A stretch of DNA of 64,000 nucleotides from assembly GCA_947584535.1 (NCBI GenBank), contig CANPWO010000001.1, forward strand, positions 19,816 to 83,815, given 5' to 3'. Below, one piece after another: positions 1 to 10,075 of this stretch; position 1 is the stretch's first letter; each line of letters starts with the position of its first letter. The notes under the pieces are model-generated. The model searched no databases. It had not been told where the DNA came from and saw only the letters and a list, made by a program, of their open reading frames with translations. The stretch is from an uncultured Clostridia bacterium (lineage in GTDB: Bacteria > Bacillota > Clostridia > TANB77 > CAG-465). The position numbers and the translations under genes were made by a program.

Positions 1-206
1 AGATTATATATAGATTCTGAAATAATACAAGGTTCAATAGTCTCATAAAAAGAGTCAGAATTTAGATACGCAGTTAAATAATAACCTAAAAATTTTTCTT
101 CATTTTGTCTACGATGTATTGAATAGTCTCTATCCTTATGAATAGCAAGTGTATCATCAAAATCAAAAATTGCTACTTTAATATTATTTAAGTTATTTTT
201 ATTCAT
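1..206 (-). CDS. HAD-superfamily hydrolase, N-terminal part (CDS runs off the left edge)
   Basis: Reverse-strand ATG at 204-206 preceded by an AAGGAG RBS. The translation MNKNNLNNIKVAIFDFDDTLAIH carries HAD motif I (DxDxT). Confidence 0.5.
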   Translation of the reverse strand, partial: MNKNNLNNIKVAIFDFDDTLAIHKDRDYSIHRRQNEEKFLGYYLTAYLNSDSFYETIEPCIISESIYN

Positions 207-281
207 TTTTAAATACTCCTTATTCAGATTAAATTATTCAATATATTTAATTATTTACATTATATAATAACACTTTTATCA

Positions 282-485
282 CTATATTAAATCCAAATAA
301 TATATATTTTCGGGTAAATTTAGCCTTTTATATATAGCATCTTTTATATATTTTCCCCTTAAATGTTTATAAAAGTCATTTGAAGAATTTCCTTTAAGAC
401 AAGCAATAATCATTTTATCGCATTTTATATCTACCTCTAAAACATATTGGTTATTATTACTTTCATCATATTCATCTTTTAACAT
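282..485 (-). CDS. hypothetical small protein (67 aa)
   Basis: ORF only; no recognisable motif. Confidence 0.3.
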   Translation of the reverse strand: MLKDEYDESNNNQYVLEVDIKCDKMIIACLKGNSSNDFYKHLRGKYIKDAIYKRLNLPENIYYLDLI

Positions 486-705
486 GTTAGCTATTTTATT
501 TCATTGCTAGTATTAATAAATGAGCTATAGATTTACAATCTTTAATTTTTTTCTAATCAAGTAGTTCATAAATCATCCTTTCCTATACTTACCAATATAT
601 TATATATTTATAATTAAGTCATTTTATAAAATTTAATATAAAGTTAGATTCATATGAAATAAGCATATAAATCTAACTTATATTATACTAAAATATATAT
701 TTTAA

Positions 706-3700
706 CTATCTTCTAGCTACTTTTACAATGGCAACTACAATACCAATCAAAACTACAGCCATAACTACAAATATAACTATAACAGGTATATTGCTCTTTT
801 CTTTACTTGTTACTTTAACTCCATTTGTTTCCTCATCATCTATTAAGTTATTTTTTTCTACTTCACTTTCTTGCTTCTCGTTTTCAGTAATTTCTTCTGT
901 TTCATTTTTAGTAATTTCTTTTGAATCATCTGCAGAATTAGATATTGAATTTTCTACAGTATCATTAAGATTATTTAATTGATTATTGGTACTATTTAAA
1001 CTTTGTCCTGAATAATTATTTTGCGCTTTTGATGTAGCTGAATTATTTTGACTAGTAGCTGTATTATTTGTTGCTTTTGCTTTTATCCAATTAACATTTG
1101 CAACTGTTGTATTCATATTTCCTGCTTCATCAGTATATGTAAATTCAAAAGTACCATTTTTATCAAATGTATAAGTATCTTTTCCACCATTATTTAGTAT
1201 AATTACCTTTTCATTTGCAACAAGCTTAGCTTTAACACTACCAGTTGTACTATTTTGTGTACTATAGCTTATATATCCTTGAGGAGCAACTCTATCAATA
1301 TTATTTACTGTAGCTGTTGCAGTTCCTTCATTTCCATAACGATCAATAAATTCAAAAGTAAATGAAGAATTATCATTAAATGTATAAGTATCACTATTGT
1401 TATTATTTGTTATAATTATACCCCTATCAGCATCTTTACTTACTAATTTTACTGTTACATCCTTATTTGTTTTTAAAGTTGTACTATACTCAAATGTAGT
1501 TGGCGGAACACCAGTAACTAACCAATCCACCTTAGCAGTTATTTGCCCTCTTTCTATTTCATTAAATTGCATTTTACCATCTAAGTATGCTTCATAATCT
1601 GCCTTTGATGCATAATAGAAATGATGTTCTCCACTTTGAGTAAATTCATATTCGAATTTATCTGCTCCATCAGGTAATTTATTTCCATCTTTATCTGTTA
1701 AAACTAATACATCAGAAATCAAAGTATCTTCATCTATACCACTATTTTCATCTTCAAAGTTAGCATCTGCTAATTTCAATGTAGCAGTTACTGGTTTATT
1801 AGTTGCTATATGTGTACTATAATCTATTTCAACTGCTGGCAAGTCATATTTAGTATTATCTTCAAAAAAGTTAAACATTGTAGCAGACATAAAATTCCCA
1901 ACTGATGAAAGCGCTTCTATTTTTATATATGATACTGGATTATTCACATTTAATTCTTCACGCTTTGGTGCAATATTATTTGCCCAATTAGTTGATTCAA
2001 TAGCAGTAGTCCATTTTGTATTTTCATTTAATTCTGTATCATAGGATACACTAATCTTAGCTTTAGTAATTGTACCATTTCCACCATCTTGACGTGGAAC
2101 ATACTCAATTGCATCTATATATGCTGGTCTTTCTAGTTTAAATATTATATATTTCTTAGTATCTGAACCATCCCATAAATTATGCCATATTGTATTCAAA
2201 CTTCCATCTAAAAGATTTTCAACTCCATTATTTTTGCTCTTTTCTTCACTTGAAAAACCAACTACACTAATTCTTGATAATGGAATATAATAATGATCTA
2301 ATTTTTCTCCATCAGATGTAAAATCAAATTCCTCCTCATCACTAGCCAAATTAGTTCCTGTTGCCCCAGTTCTAACATATATTTTCTTATCACCTTTTAA
2401 ATTAGGTTCTTTCTCATTAAAATAAGTCCATTCTTGGTCTTTATTTTCTCTCCATTGTAATGTTGTATTAACTCCAATAAATCTATTTTCTAAATCATTA
2501 GCACACAAATTAAGTGGTAACTTTCCCTTATTAATAGGTATATTGTAAATTGTCTCCATTGCTCCAACTATTCTTATTGAAATTCCATTTTCAGTATTAA
2601 TACGAGCAATTTCTTCATCAGATAATTTATATGTTGGAGTATGTATATTTTTACTCCATGTACCACTACGAGTACCATCTTTATTTGTAGAAATACCATC
2701 TACAGTATATTGCCAAGTTACTCCACCATCTGAGTACTTATCTGCAAGTTTTATATATCCCTTTGTATCTTCATTTCCATCAAATGAAAAATTTGCAACT
2801 GTTGTATCATTACTTCCAGCTAAATATTGTGCAACCCTTATACATGGAGATGGCTGTAACACATTTTCTTCTGTAGCTTTTTGTGCTCTATCTAAAGCTT
2901 CATCAAACATTATTTGATAATATGCATGATTTACTACTTCAAGTTTTGGTTCTATAATTCTAATTAAGTCATGCATTGGTAATGGATAATAATTTAAAGC
3001 ATCTATAACGTCTTTAACTAATTTTAAATATTCTGTTTGTGTTCTTTCAGTATTTGCATATAAATTTACTAGTCCAAGCCAAGCGTCAAAATTAAGTTTT
3101 TGTCTATCTATAGCTTTACGATAAATTTGTTCTAATTTTTCAGGATTATCTTTATATACTTTTGCTAAATACAATAATTCTTCTGAACTTTCATAATTAC
3201 TTATTGTCACATTGCCTCTTGTATCTCTATCTCCAGTTGTATCATCTAATGCTGCTTGAGCAAGTAAAACATAAGATGCAGGATATTTACCTACATATGA
3301 GCCTGTTCCCCAACCAAGTGGCATTCTAGTAGATAATTTTTCTGTTTTTCCTGAATAACCCCAGTTATCAACATCATTTCCTAAATTCCATATTTTTCTA
3401 CCTTTACTATCAAGTTGCATAAATATATATGCTGCATGACCTGGCTGTGAAACTACTGATGATGGAACACCATGTACTCCCCAAAGATTTGAACCAGTTT
3501 TTGAAAGTCCTCCACAAACACTTCCTTCTTCAAATACCATCCAAAGTCTTGGCATACCGTATTTTACTTGGAAACTATCTTGATTTAAATAATATTTTTC
3601 CTCCCACTTCTTTTGATTTTCTGGTAAATAATAGTCTTGTTTATTATAATTATAACCATCAGTATATCTTATATAATCATAAGGATTCATTGATTTCTTT

Positions 3701-5025
3701 ATGTAAGTTGAATAATAATTTAACCATTTCATCTCATCATCACTAATAATATTATTCATTACAAAACGCATTTCTTCAACAGATAAACTTTCAAATATCT
3801 TAGTATCAAAAGAATTCATAGTTGTACTTGTAGAATAACTAGAATTTTGAGCTAAATGAAAATCTTTAAATATTTTATATCTATTTAATGGGTTTGAACC
3901 ATTTGGATCATCTTGATCTTCTGGTGCACCAGTTACCCATGAACCTACACTTTGTGAATGTGTTAATGATAATGCTACCATCATCTTTTTATATAACTCG
4001 TTAAATTTTACATTATTTTTTGTTGTTTCTGTATTATTTAAATCATCTGCATATTCTGTGCGTAAGTCATTTAATATTTTTAGTGATGTTGCATAGTTAC
4101 CATCTGGTTCTCCACCTAGCAAAAATAATCTTAAAGTGTCTACATCTTCCATTAACCATGTAACTACATCTTCATAACATTTATCATAATTCATTAAAGC
4201 TTGTAAAATATCATATCCTACATTATTTACAAATTCTCTTTGTAATAGAATCTTTTCATATTCTGCTATATTGTAGTTATCTTTACCTTTTATTATATCA
4301 TCATAATATGATACTTCTTTTACTATATCAAAAACTTGATTTTTAGGTTCATATCCATCTTTAACAAGTTTTGCATCTGCATAAACTACATCATCATGCC
4401 ACATAGAGTACCAACTATCTCCATTTTCATATGCATAAAGTCTTAAATATTTTACATCTTTTATATCAATATCTACATATTTAGCATCATTCCAACCTTT
4501 TAAAGTATTAGTGTTATATACTTGTTTCCACTGTGTTTCTCCTTCTTTTAAAGTATATACTGTTATATTTGCACCTGAATTATAATCAGTACTAATTGAA
4601 GAAGCATCAATTCCTATATATGCCTGAAATTTATCATATGATGTACTAAGAGCAGATAAATCATAAATTACATTAGATGATGCCCAAGCTGAAACACCTT
4701 TTATATAATAATTCTTTTTTCCATTCACATTTACAGATATCATTTGACTATTTCCATTTTTGTCTTTTCTATAATGATAACCTGGCTCAACATAAGTTTC
4801 AAAAGATTTATCTTCACTATCTTTTATTTTTTCAACATAATCAATATCACTTAAATAAACCATTTTATCAGCGTCAACACGCGTTGCAAAATAGTTTTTA
4901 ACTTTTCCTTTAATTACTGTATTAGTACTAAAACTAAACAAGCATAGTACTATAACAACAAATAGAAAAATTATAAATGATATGTTATAAATAATTTTTT
5001 TATTATTTTTTTCAATCCTCTCCAT
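706..5025 (-). CDS. large cell-surface protein with NPCBM-like and F5/8 type C (discoidin)-like carbohydrate-binding modules and Ig-like repeats, membrane-anchored at both ends
   Basis: 1439-aa ORF. N-terminal TM helix (IIYNISFIIFLFVVIVLCLF). NPCBM-like segment (LSDIDYV...SAWASSNVIYDL...FQAYIGIDASS). Discoidin-like segment (NLLDGSLNTIWHNLWDGS...YVPRQDGGNGTI). Repeated Ig-like modules (VTATLKL / VTVKLVS / VKAKLVA). Ser/Asn/Glu-rich linker and C-terminal TM helix (IPVIVIFVVMAVVLIGIVVAIV). Confidence 0.75.
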   Translation of the reverse strand: MERIEKNNKKIIYNISFIIFLFVVIVLCLFSFSTNTVIKGKVKNYFATRVDADKMVYLSDIDYVEKIKDSEDKSFETYVEPGYHYRKDKNGNSQMISVNVNGKKNYYIKGVSAWASSNVIYDLSALSTSYDKFQAYIGIDASSISTDYNSGANITVYTLKEGETQWKQVYNTNTLKGWNDAKYVDIDIKDVKYLRLYAYENGDSWYSMWHDDVVYADAKLVKDGYEPKNQVFDIVKEVSYYDDIIKGKDNYNIAEYEKILLQREFVNNVGYDILQALMNYDKCYEDVVTWLMEDVDTLRLFLLGGEPDGNYATSLKILNDLRTEYADDLNNTETTKNNVKFNELYKKMMVALSLTHSQSVGSWVTGAPEDQDDPNGSNPLNRYKIFKDFHLAQNSSYSTSTTMNSFDTKIFESLSVEEMRFVMNNIISDDEMKWLNYYSTYIKKSMNPYDYIRYTDGYNYNKQDYYLPENQKKWEEKYYLNQDSFQVKYGMPRLWMVFEEGSVCGGLSKTGSNLWGVHGVPSSVVSQPGHAAYIFMQLDSKGRKIWNLGNDVDNWGYSGKTEKLSTRMPLGWGTGSYVGKYPASYVLLAQAALDDTTGDRDTRGNVTISNYESSEELLYLAKVYKDNPEKLEQIYRKAIDRQKLNFDAWLGLVNLYANTERTQTEYLKLVKDVIDALNYYPLPMHDLIRIIEPKLEVVNHAYYQIMFDEALDRAQKATEENVLQPSPCIRVAQYLAGSNDTTVANFSFDGNEDTKGYIKLADKYSDGGVTWQYTVDGISTNKDGTRSGTWSKNIHTPTYKLSDEEIARINTENGISIRIVGAMETIYNIPINKGKLPLNLCANDLENRFIGVNTTLQWRENKDQEWTYFNEKEPNLKGDKKIYVRTGATGTNLASDEEEFDFTSDGEKLDHYYIPLSRISVVGFSSEEKSKNNGVENLLDGSLNTIWHNLWDGSDTKKYIIFKLERPAYIDAIEYVPRQDGGNGTITKAKISVSYDTELNENTKWTTAIESTNWANNIAPKREELNVNNPVSYIKIEALSSVGNFMSATMFNFFEDNTKYDLPAVEIDYSTHIATNKPVTATLKLADANFEDENSGIDEDTLISDVLVLTDKDGNKLPDGADKFEYEFTQSGEHHFYYASKADYEAYLDGKMQFNEIERGQITAKVDWLVTGVPPTTFEYSTTLKTNKDVTVKLVSKDADRGIIITNNNNSDTYTFNDNSSFTFEFIDRYGNEGTATATVNNIDRVAPQGYISYSTQNSTTGSVKAKLVANEKVIILNNGGKDTYTFDKNGTFEFTYTDEAGNMNTTVANVNWIKAKATNNTATSQNNSATSKAQNNYSGQSLNSTNNQLNNLNDTVENSISNSADDSKEITKNETEEITENEKQESEVEKNNLIDDEETNGVKVTSKEKSNIPVIVIFVVMAVVLIGIVVAIVKVARR

Positions 5026-5170
5026 AATTTTTTCTCCTTTGTTTATTCTACTATAATTATATACTAAAAGTTACTTTTAAACAATATTTTTAGTTAAAAA
5101 AAATAAATAAAAATGTCATTATTTACAAGTTATAATTAACGACATTTTTACCTATTAAAAATATAATTAG

Positions 5171-5829
5171 TTATATCATTTTTTCTTTAATATATTTTAT
5201 ATCTTCTATTGATTTATCTATATTAAATCTACCATTTCCAACAGGATAATATACCGAATAGCATTTATATTTTTTCCATCTATATCTTTGTTAAATAATT
5301 TTTTTCTACACTTAGATACAGAAATTTTTTCATCTAGTACAATAGAGCTTACTTGATTACCAAATAAAATAATAACTTTTGGATTAATTATTTCAATTTC
5401 CTTTTCAAGTAAATGAAGATATTTTTTATATACACTATCTGGAAGTGGACGTGCATCAATTTGCGTACATTTTCCTAAATTTGTTATAAAATACTTATGT
5501 TTCTTAACATTTTCATATACTTCATTTGCAAATTCTTCTGTCCACTCATTTGCTTTTATTGCTTTTATTTTATCATATATGTCTTTATCAAGTAAATTTA
5601 GACTATAGAATAAATCCCATATATTTTTTGTACCTATCCAAGGTGATTTTATACCTTTCCAATTCTTAGAAGAATCAACATTCTTTCCTGTTGGATTCAT
5701 AAAAACAAAGCAAATATCGGGATTAGTTTCACAACCACCATTGTATATAGAATCTAAATATTTTGCACCATATTTTTATTGTAATTTATCATATTCTTTT
5801 TTTAAATCATCTAATTGTAATTTTACCAT
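5171..5829 (-). pseudogene. uracil-DNA glycosylase superfamily (family 4-like) gene disrupted by an in-frame TAA and a 3' frameshift
   Basis: An ATG at 5829 opens MVKLQLDDLKKEYDKLQ, followed by TAA, then the same frame continues KYGAKYLDSIYNGGCETNPDICFVFMNPTGKN into the 5218..5700 ORF. GGCETNPDICFVFMNPTG resembles UDG motif A. The C-terminus continues in another frame (YPVGNGRFNIDKSIEDIKYIKEKMI, stop at 5171-5173) after a T-run near 5265. Confidence 0.6.
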
Positions 5830-5861
5830 ATATATTCTCCTAATTAAATACCTTCTTAAAC

Positions 5862-6371
5862 CTATTTTATAATCTTAACATTTATATCACTACTACCTAA
5901 ATCTATTAGATTATCAATATGCCCAATTTTTGTATAACTATAATTTGTAGTAAATGATTTATAAAACAAAACTAAGCAATTATCACCATAAAGCATAATA
6001 TCACCTTTTTCTATTCTTTTTGACATACTTGAATTTGTAGGTAAAATTTTATCTAAATAGAAATATTTTTCATTTGAATTTAACTCACTCATTTTTATAT
6101 CTAAAGGTAAAATATCAATTAATGCAGTAACTGTTTCATTATGTTCTAAATTAACATTATATTCTTTATCACTAATAACTAATTTCATATTATAATCTTC
6201 ACTTTCATTTTTATTATTATTTTCTTCACTATTTTCTATATTCTCGTTTATACTTACATTATTTTCTTCATTATAATTTCTTTCTTCTTTATTTTGATTA
6301 ATTTTAAATACAAGTAGACATATCAAAACTACTACTAAAAGTGCAAGTACAATAAAAGATACTTTCTTCAT
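5862..6371 (-). CDS. membrane-anchored cyclophilin-like fold protein
   Basis: 169-aa ORF with an N-terminal TM helix. The C-terminal part (LEHNETVTALIDILPLDIKMSELNSNEKYFYL...GDIMLYGDNCLVLFYKSF) matches my recollection of the cyclophilin-like domain family. Confidence 0.5.
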   Translation of the reverse strand: MKKVSFIVLALLVVVLICLLVFKINQNKEERNYNEENNVSINENIENSEENNNKNESEDYNMKLVISDKEYNVNLEHNETVTALIDILPLDIKMSELNSNEKYFYLDKILPTNSSMSKRIEKGDIMLYGDNCLVLFYKSFTTNYSYTKIGHIDNLIDLGSSDINVKIIK

Positions 6372-6509
6372 AATTTATATAACCTCTATTTTTTTAATAT
6401 AATTATTTCATTTACTATTTTACTATAATAGCATTTAAAATTCAACTAATACAATTTTTTTATAAAAATAAAATGACACTAAAATTAATTAGCGTCATTT
6501 TATTTTTAC

Positions 6510-7265
6510 TTAAGCTTTAAGCTGTTTTTCGCTTTCTTCAATGTTATTAATCCAGACTTTACAATTAAGAAATTCCCTAATTTCACTTATTGAAGCAAGC
6601 AAAATCTTTCTATCCCCCTCACTTTTAGGATTAATAACAAAGGAGCTGTTCTTATCTTTGGCCTCTTTAACTTTACTTAAGTCAAAGATAGCATAAAAAT
6701 ATCTTTGGAATCCAGTATATGAATTTGGAAAACAAAGCTCAAGAATTGCAAAGCGTGACTTATCTATGACATTAATGTTACTAGAATTATTAACTATGCA
6801 ATAGCCTTGCTCACCTACCTCGTCATTAACCTTGTTAATCATTTTGGTTAACTTAAAGGTTGTAGATAAGGTATTCATTTTCTCCAAAATATATTTTATA
6901 TTTGGTACATCTATAGTATCATAAACAGTAGTGTATATATAGAGTCCAACTCCATTATCTACATACACCGGTACTGATTTTGTAGAAGATGATGATGTTT
7001 TACTAAAATCTATAGACTTTCCTGTTTTTCCTAAGTTTGAAAAGCCTAAATATTTTTTAGCAAAATCATAGCACTCATCACATTCTTCTTTTGTATTAAA
7101 ATGAATTGATGTTAAATCTTCTTCAGAAATAACTTTTCCATTCATTACCCACATATGCCGATACTCTTTTTTTCCTTCTTTTAATAGGAACATAAATCCC
7201 TCCTCAACACCTTCGCAACCTGGAACATAACCGTTAGCGTTTTTGTAGAAATACATAGGTATCAT
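6510..7265 (-). CDS. hypothetical protein (251 aa)
   Basis: Long ORF with normal composition; no recognisable motif. Confidence 0.5.
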   Translation of the reverse strand: MIPMYFYKNANGYVPGCEGVEEGFMFLLKEGKKEYRHMWVMNGKVISEEDLTSIHFNTKEECDECYDFAKKYLGFSNLGKTGKSIDFSKTSSSSTKSVPVYVDNGVGLYIYTTVYDTIDVPNIKYILEKMNTLSTTFKLTKMINKVNDEVGEQGYCIVNNSSNINVIDKSRFAILELCFPNSYTGFQRYFYAIFDLSKVKEAKDKNSSFVINPKSEGDRKILLASISEIREFLNCKVWINNIEESEKQLKA

Positions 7266-7467
7266 TTTTATTTCCTCCTTATTATCTTGTAAACATTTAT
7301 GTTTACAGCCTTTAATATTTTACATAACAATTATACTACATTTTTATAATTATGTCAAGTGATATAACTATATGATTACAAAAAAGTTATGACAAATAAT
7401 TATCATAACTGTCAACTATTTTATATATTTTTTAACTTTACTACTAATTGTATCTAATCAGAACAAA

Positions 7468-7509
7468 AGTGAATCTTCGATTCACTCCACTACAGCATAA
7501 GTTGTAGTG
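7468..7509 (-). ncRNA. two adjacent stem-loops 3' of tnpB (putative omega-RNA scaffold / right-end hairpins)
   Basis: AGTGAATC-ttc-GATTCACT (7468-7486, 8-bp stem) and CACTACA-gcataagt-TGTAGTG (7488-7509, 7-bp stem), 40-80 nt downstream of the tnpB stop. Confidence 0.35.
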
Positions 7510-7548
7510 TTCTTTATAAAGAGAATGTAGTCTTTAAGTTTTATACTT

Positions 7549-8817
7549 TTAGGCTACTCTTTTCTTTATTGGTCGTTGTTCTCGGCCCTTATCCATCGCA
7601 ATTTCTTGGTTTGGAATATAACTTTTTATATATTTTCTTAATATATTTAGACTTCCATTTATATCGGCATTTATTTCCTTTCCTTCTTCTGTTATAAATA
7701 GCCCTCTATATTTTCTTCTTTTTTTGTTATAATTTTCTTTTTTTACTTCTTCTTTATCTATCGCACTTACTCCTGATGTATATTTCTCACTTATTTTTAC
7801 TACCTCTATTCCTTCTAATTTTGCTTTGTATTCTATCTTTTTTACTAACTCTTCTAATGGTATCTGTACAAAGTCTTTGTTATAATCCATATTTTGCTTC
7901 ATATCTTTTAAATCTCCTATTACTATTTTTGAACATTTATTTTTTATTGCGTATTCTATTACCATTCTTGATACCTTATGCATAAATGTATTCATATAAT
8001 TCTTACGTTTTTCCCTTAACCTTTTTATTTGTTTTGTATCTTTATAATTTTTGCTTCCTACCATTTTCATTTTTATTTGTTGTAAGTGCTTTATTTTTTC
8101 ATTTATATACTTATTCTTGCTTTTTGCTTCTCTTCCTGATACAAGCATCATATCCATATTTTCTTTATTTGTACATGCTACTATATTATTTATCCCTAAG
8201 TCTATTGCCATTATATTTGTTGCTTTACTTGCTTCCTTTTCTTCTTTTTCATATATTATATTCATTTCTATTTCTTCTCCTTTGTTTTTTACCTTTATCA
8301 TTTTTATGCTTGAAATTAATATTTGCTTTTTTAATTTTCTTGGTATTAAAAAATTTAAACTCTTTACTTTATTCTTTTCTTGCATTTCTTTTGATATTGA
8401 TAATTTTATTTTATTTCCTTCTACTCTTACTGCATATTTTGTAAATACTATCTCTTGCACTTGTTTTTCTTTCTTGTATCTTGGATATTTTGGTTCTCCT
8501 TTTAATGATTTACTATCTTTTTCATATTTTTTCTTTAATGCTATATATGATTTGTAACTTCCTACCACACTCATTATGGCCTCTTGCAACATATGTGAAT
8601 GTAAATATTTTCCATGCCAGTTTTCCTGTCTATACTTTCTATATATTGGTGTTGTTATTATATTTATACTTTTTGTAACATCTATTTGTTCTTTTCCCTC
8701 TTTTATATCATACAACAACATATTCATTACTTTCTTTGTATGCCACTCTAAATCATTAATTATTTCTACTTGCTCTTTATTTGGATTTTTTACATTATAT
8801 TTTAAACTTAATTTCAA
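7549..8817 (-). CDS. tnpB: TnpB-like RNA-guided endonuclease (IS605 OrfB family)
   Basis: 422-aa ORF. RuvC-like motifs IMAIDLGINN, KIVIGDLKD and INADINGSLNILRKY. EKYTSGVSAID stands where many TnpBs carry a CxxC zinc finger. Confidence 0.85.
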   Translation of the reverse strand: MKLSLKYNVKNPNKEQVEIINDLEWHTKKVMNMLLYDIKEGKEQIDVTKSINIITTPIYRKYRQENWHGKYLHSHMLQEAIMSVVGSYKSYIALKKKYEKDSKSLKGEPKYPRYKKEKQVQEIVFTKYAVRVEGNKIKLSISKEMQEKNKVKSLNFLIPRKLKKQILISSIKMIKVKNKGEEIEMNIIYEKEEKEASKATNIMAIDLGINNIVACTNKENMDMMLVSGREAKSKNKYINEKIKHLQQIKMKMVGSKNYKDTKQIKRLREKRKNYMNTFMHKVSRMVIEYAIKNKCSKIVIGDLKDMKQNMDYNKDFVQIPLEELVKKIEYKAKLEGIEVVKISEKYTSGVSAIDKEEVKKENYNKKRRKYRGLFITEEGKEINADINGSLNILRKYIKSYIPNQEIAMDKGREQRPIKKRVA

Positions 8818-8969
8818 TTTATCACCTCTTTTCTTTTTTTACATTATATCAAACATATGTTTAAAAGTAAAGAGAAATGATTATATTTTTTATGTAAAAT
8901 TCCGACATTTTTCTACATTTATTTATCTAGTGTGTTTTTAATAATTAAGTATGACTTTCCCATTGTATA

Positions 8970-9004
8970 AAAAACTTAAGAGCTAACCTAAAAAGGAAAG
9001 CTCT
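8970..9004 (-). terminator. rho-independent terminator downstream of fba
   Basis: AGAGCT (8979-8984) pairs with AGCTCT (8999-9004). On the minus strand the stem is followed by TAAGTTTTTT. Confidence 0.45.
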
Positions 9005-9124
9005 CAAAAAATAATATTTATTTATCTACTTATGGTTTGCAAATAGATTTGGATATAAATACACTTAAGTATTCATATTATTATATATAATTATACTCTG
9101 AATTTATTATAATGTTAATATTTC

Positions 9125-10069
9125 TTATGCCTTGTTTTCACTTCCAAGCACATCTACAATTTTATGTTTTACCATATTTTTAACTGCATCTCTTGCTTTT
9201 GAAAGATATGTTCTAGGGTCAAATACACTTGGTTCATTTACAAATACTTCTCTTATATTAGCTGTCATTGCAAGACGAATATCGCTATCAATATTTATTT
9301 TACATACTGCCATTGTTGCAGCTTTTTTTAGCATTTCTTCAGGAACACCTTTTGCTCCTGGTATTTGTCCACCATATTCATTACACATTTTAACAAATTC
9401 TTGTGGTACAGAAGAAGCACCATGAAGTACAATTGGAAAGTTTGGTAATTTTTTTCCAACTTCTTCTAATATATCAAATCTAAGTTTTGCATCACCTTTA
9501 AACTTATATGCCCCATGACTTGTACCAATTGCAATTGCAAGAGAATCACAACCAGTCCTTTTAACAAATTCAACAGCTTCATCAGGATTTGTAAACATTG
9601 CATCACTATCTTTAACATTTACATCATCTTCTACTCCTGCAAGTTTTCCAAGTTCTGCCTCTACTACAACTCCTCTTTCATGTGCATAGTCGACAACTCT
9701 TTTTGTTAGTTCAACATTTTCTTCAAAACTATATTTTGAACCATCTATCATAACAGATGTAAAGCCACTATCTATACAGTCTTTGCAAGTTTCAAAGTCA
9801 GGTCCATGGTCTAAATGAAGTACAACTGGAATATCTTTTCCAGCTTTTTCATTACATTCAATTGCTGCCTCAACTAATTTTTTTAAATAAATTGGATTAG
9901 CATATTTTCTAGCACCAGCTGATACTTGCAAAATAACTGGTGAATTAGTCTCATTTGCTGCCTCCATTATTCCTTGTATTATTTCCATATTATTTACATT
10001 AAATGCACCTATTGCATACCCGCCTTTATATGCATCTTCAAACATTTTTTTAGTTGTTGTAAGTCCCAT
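9125..10069 (-). CDS. fba: class II fructose-1,6-bisphosphate aldolase
   Basis: 314 aa. GYAIGAFNVNNMEI, LHLDHG and AIGTSHGAYKF are typical class II FBA motifs. Confidence 0.95.
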   Translation of the reverse strand: MGLTTTKKMFEDAYKGGYAIGAFNVNNMEIIQGIMEAANETNSPVILQVSAGARKYANPIYLKKLVEAAIECNEKAGKDIPVVLHLDHGPDFETCKDCIDSGFTSVMIDGSKYSFEENVELTKRVVDYAHERGVVVEAELGKLAGVEDDVNVKDSDAMFTNPDEAVEFVKRTGCDSLAIAIGTSHGAYKFKGDAKLRFDILEEVGKKLPNFPIVLHGASSVPQEFVKMCNEYGGQIPGAKGVPEEMLKKAATMAVCKINIDSDIRLAMTANIREVFVNEPSVFDPRTYLSKARDAVKNMVKHKIVDVLGSENKA

Positions 10070-10075
10070 ATATAT

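Larger units (their letters stand above)
7440..8900 (-). mobile_element. IS200/IS605-family (IS1341-like) TnpB-only element; boundaries approximate
   Basis: A tnpB ORF with no adjacent tnpA. Two tight stem-loops lie just 3' of the ORF, as expected for a right end / omega-RNA scaffold. Exact ends cannot be fixed without a second copy. Confidence 0.55.

Noticed and set aside
7776-8941. Plus-strand ORFs (69-168 aa) antisense to tnpB.
   Set aside because: They give hydrophobic low-complexity translations and lie entirely within the well-supported tnpB CDS, so they are antisense artefacts of an AT-rich gene.
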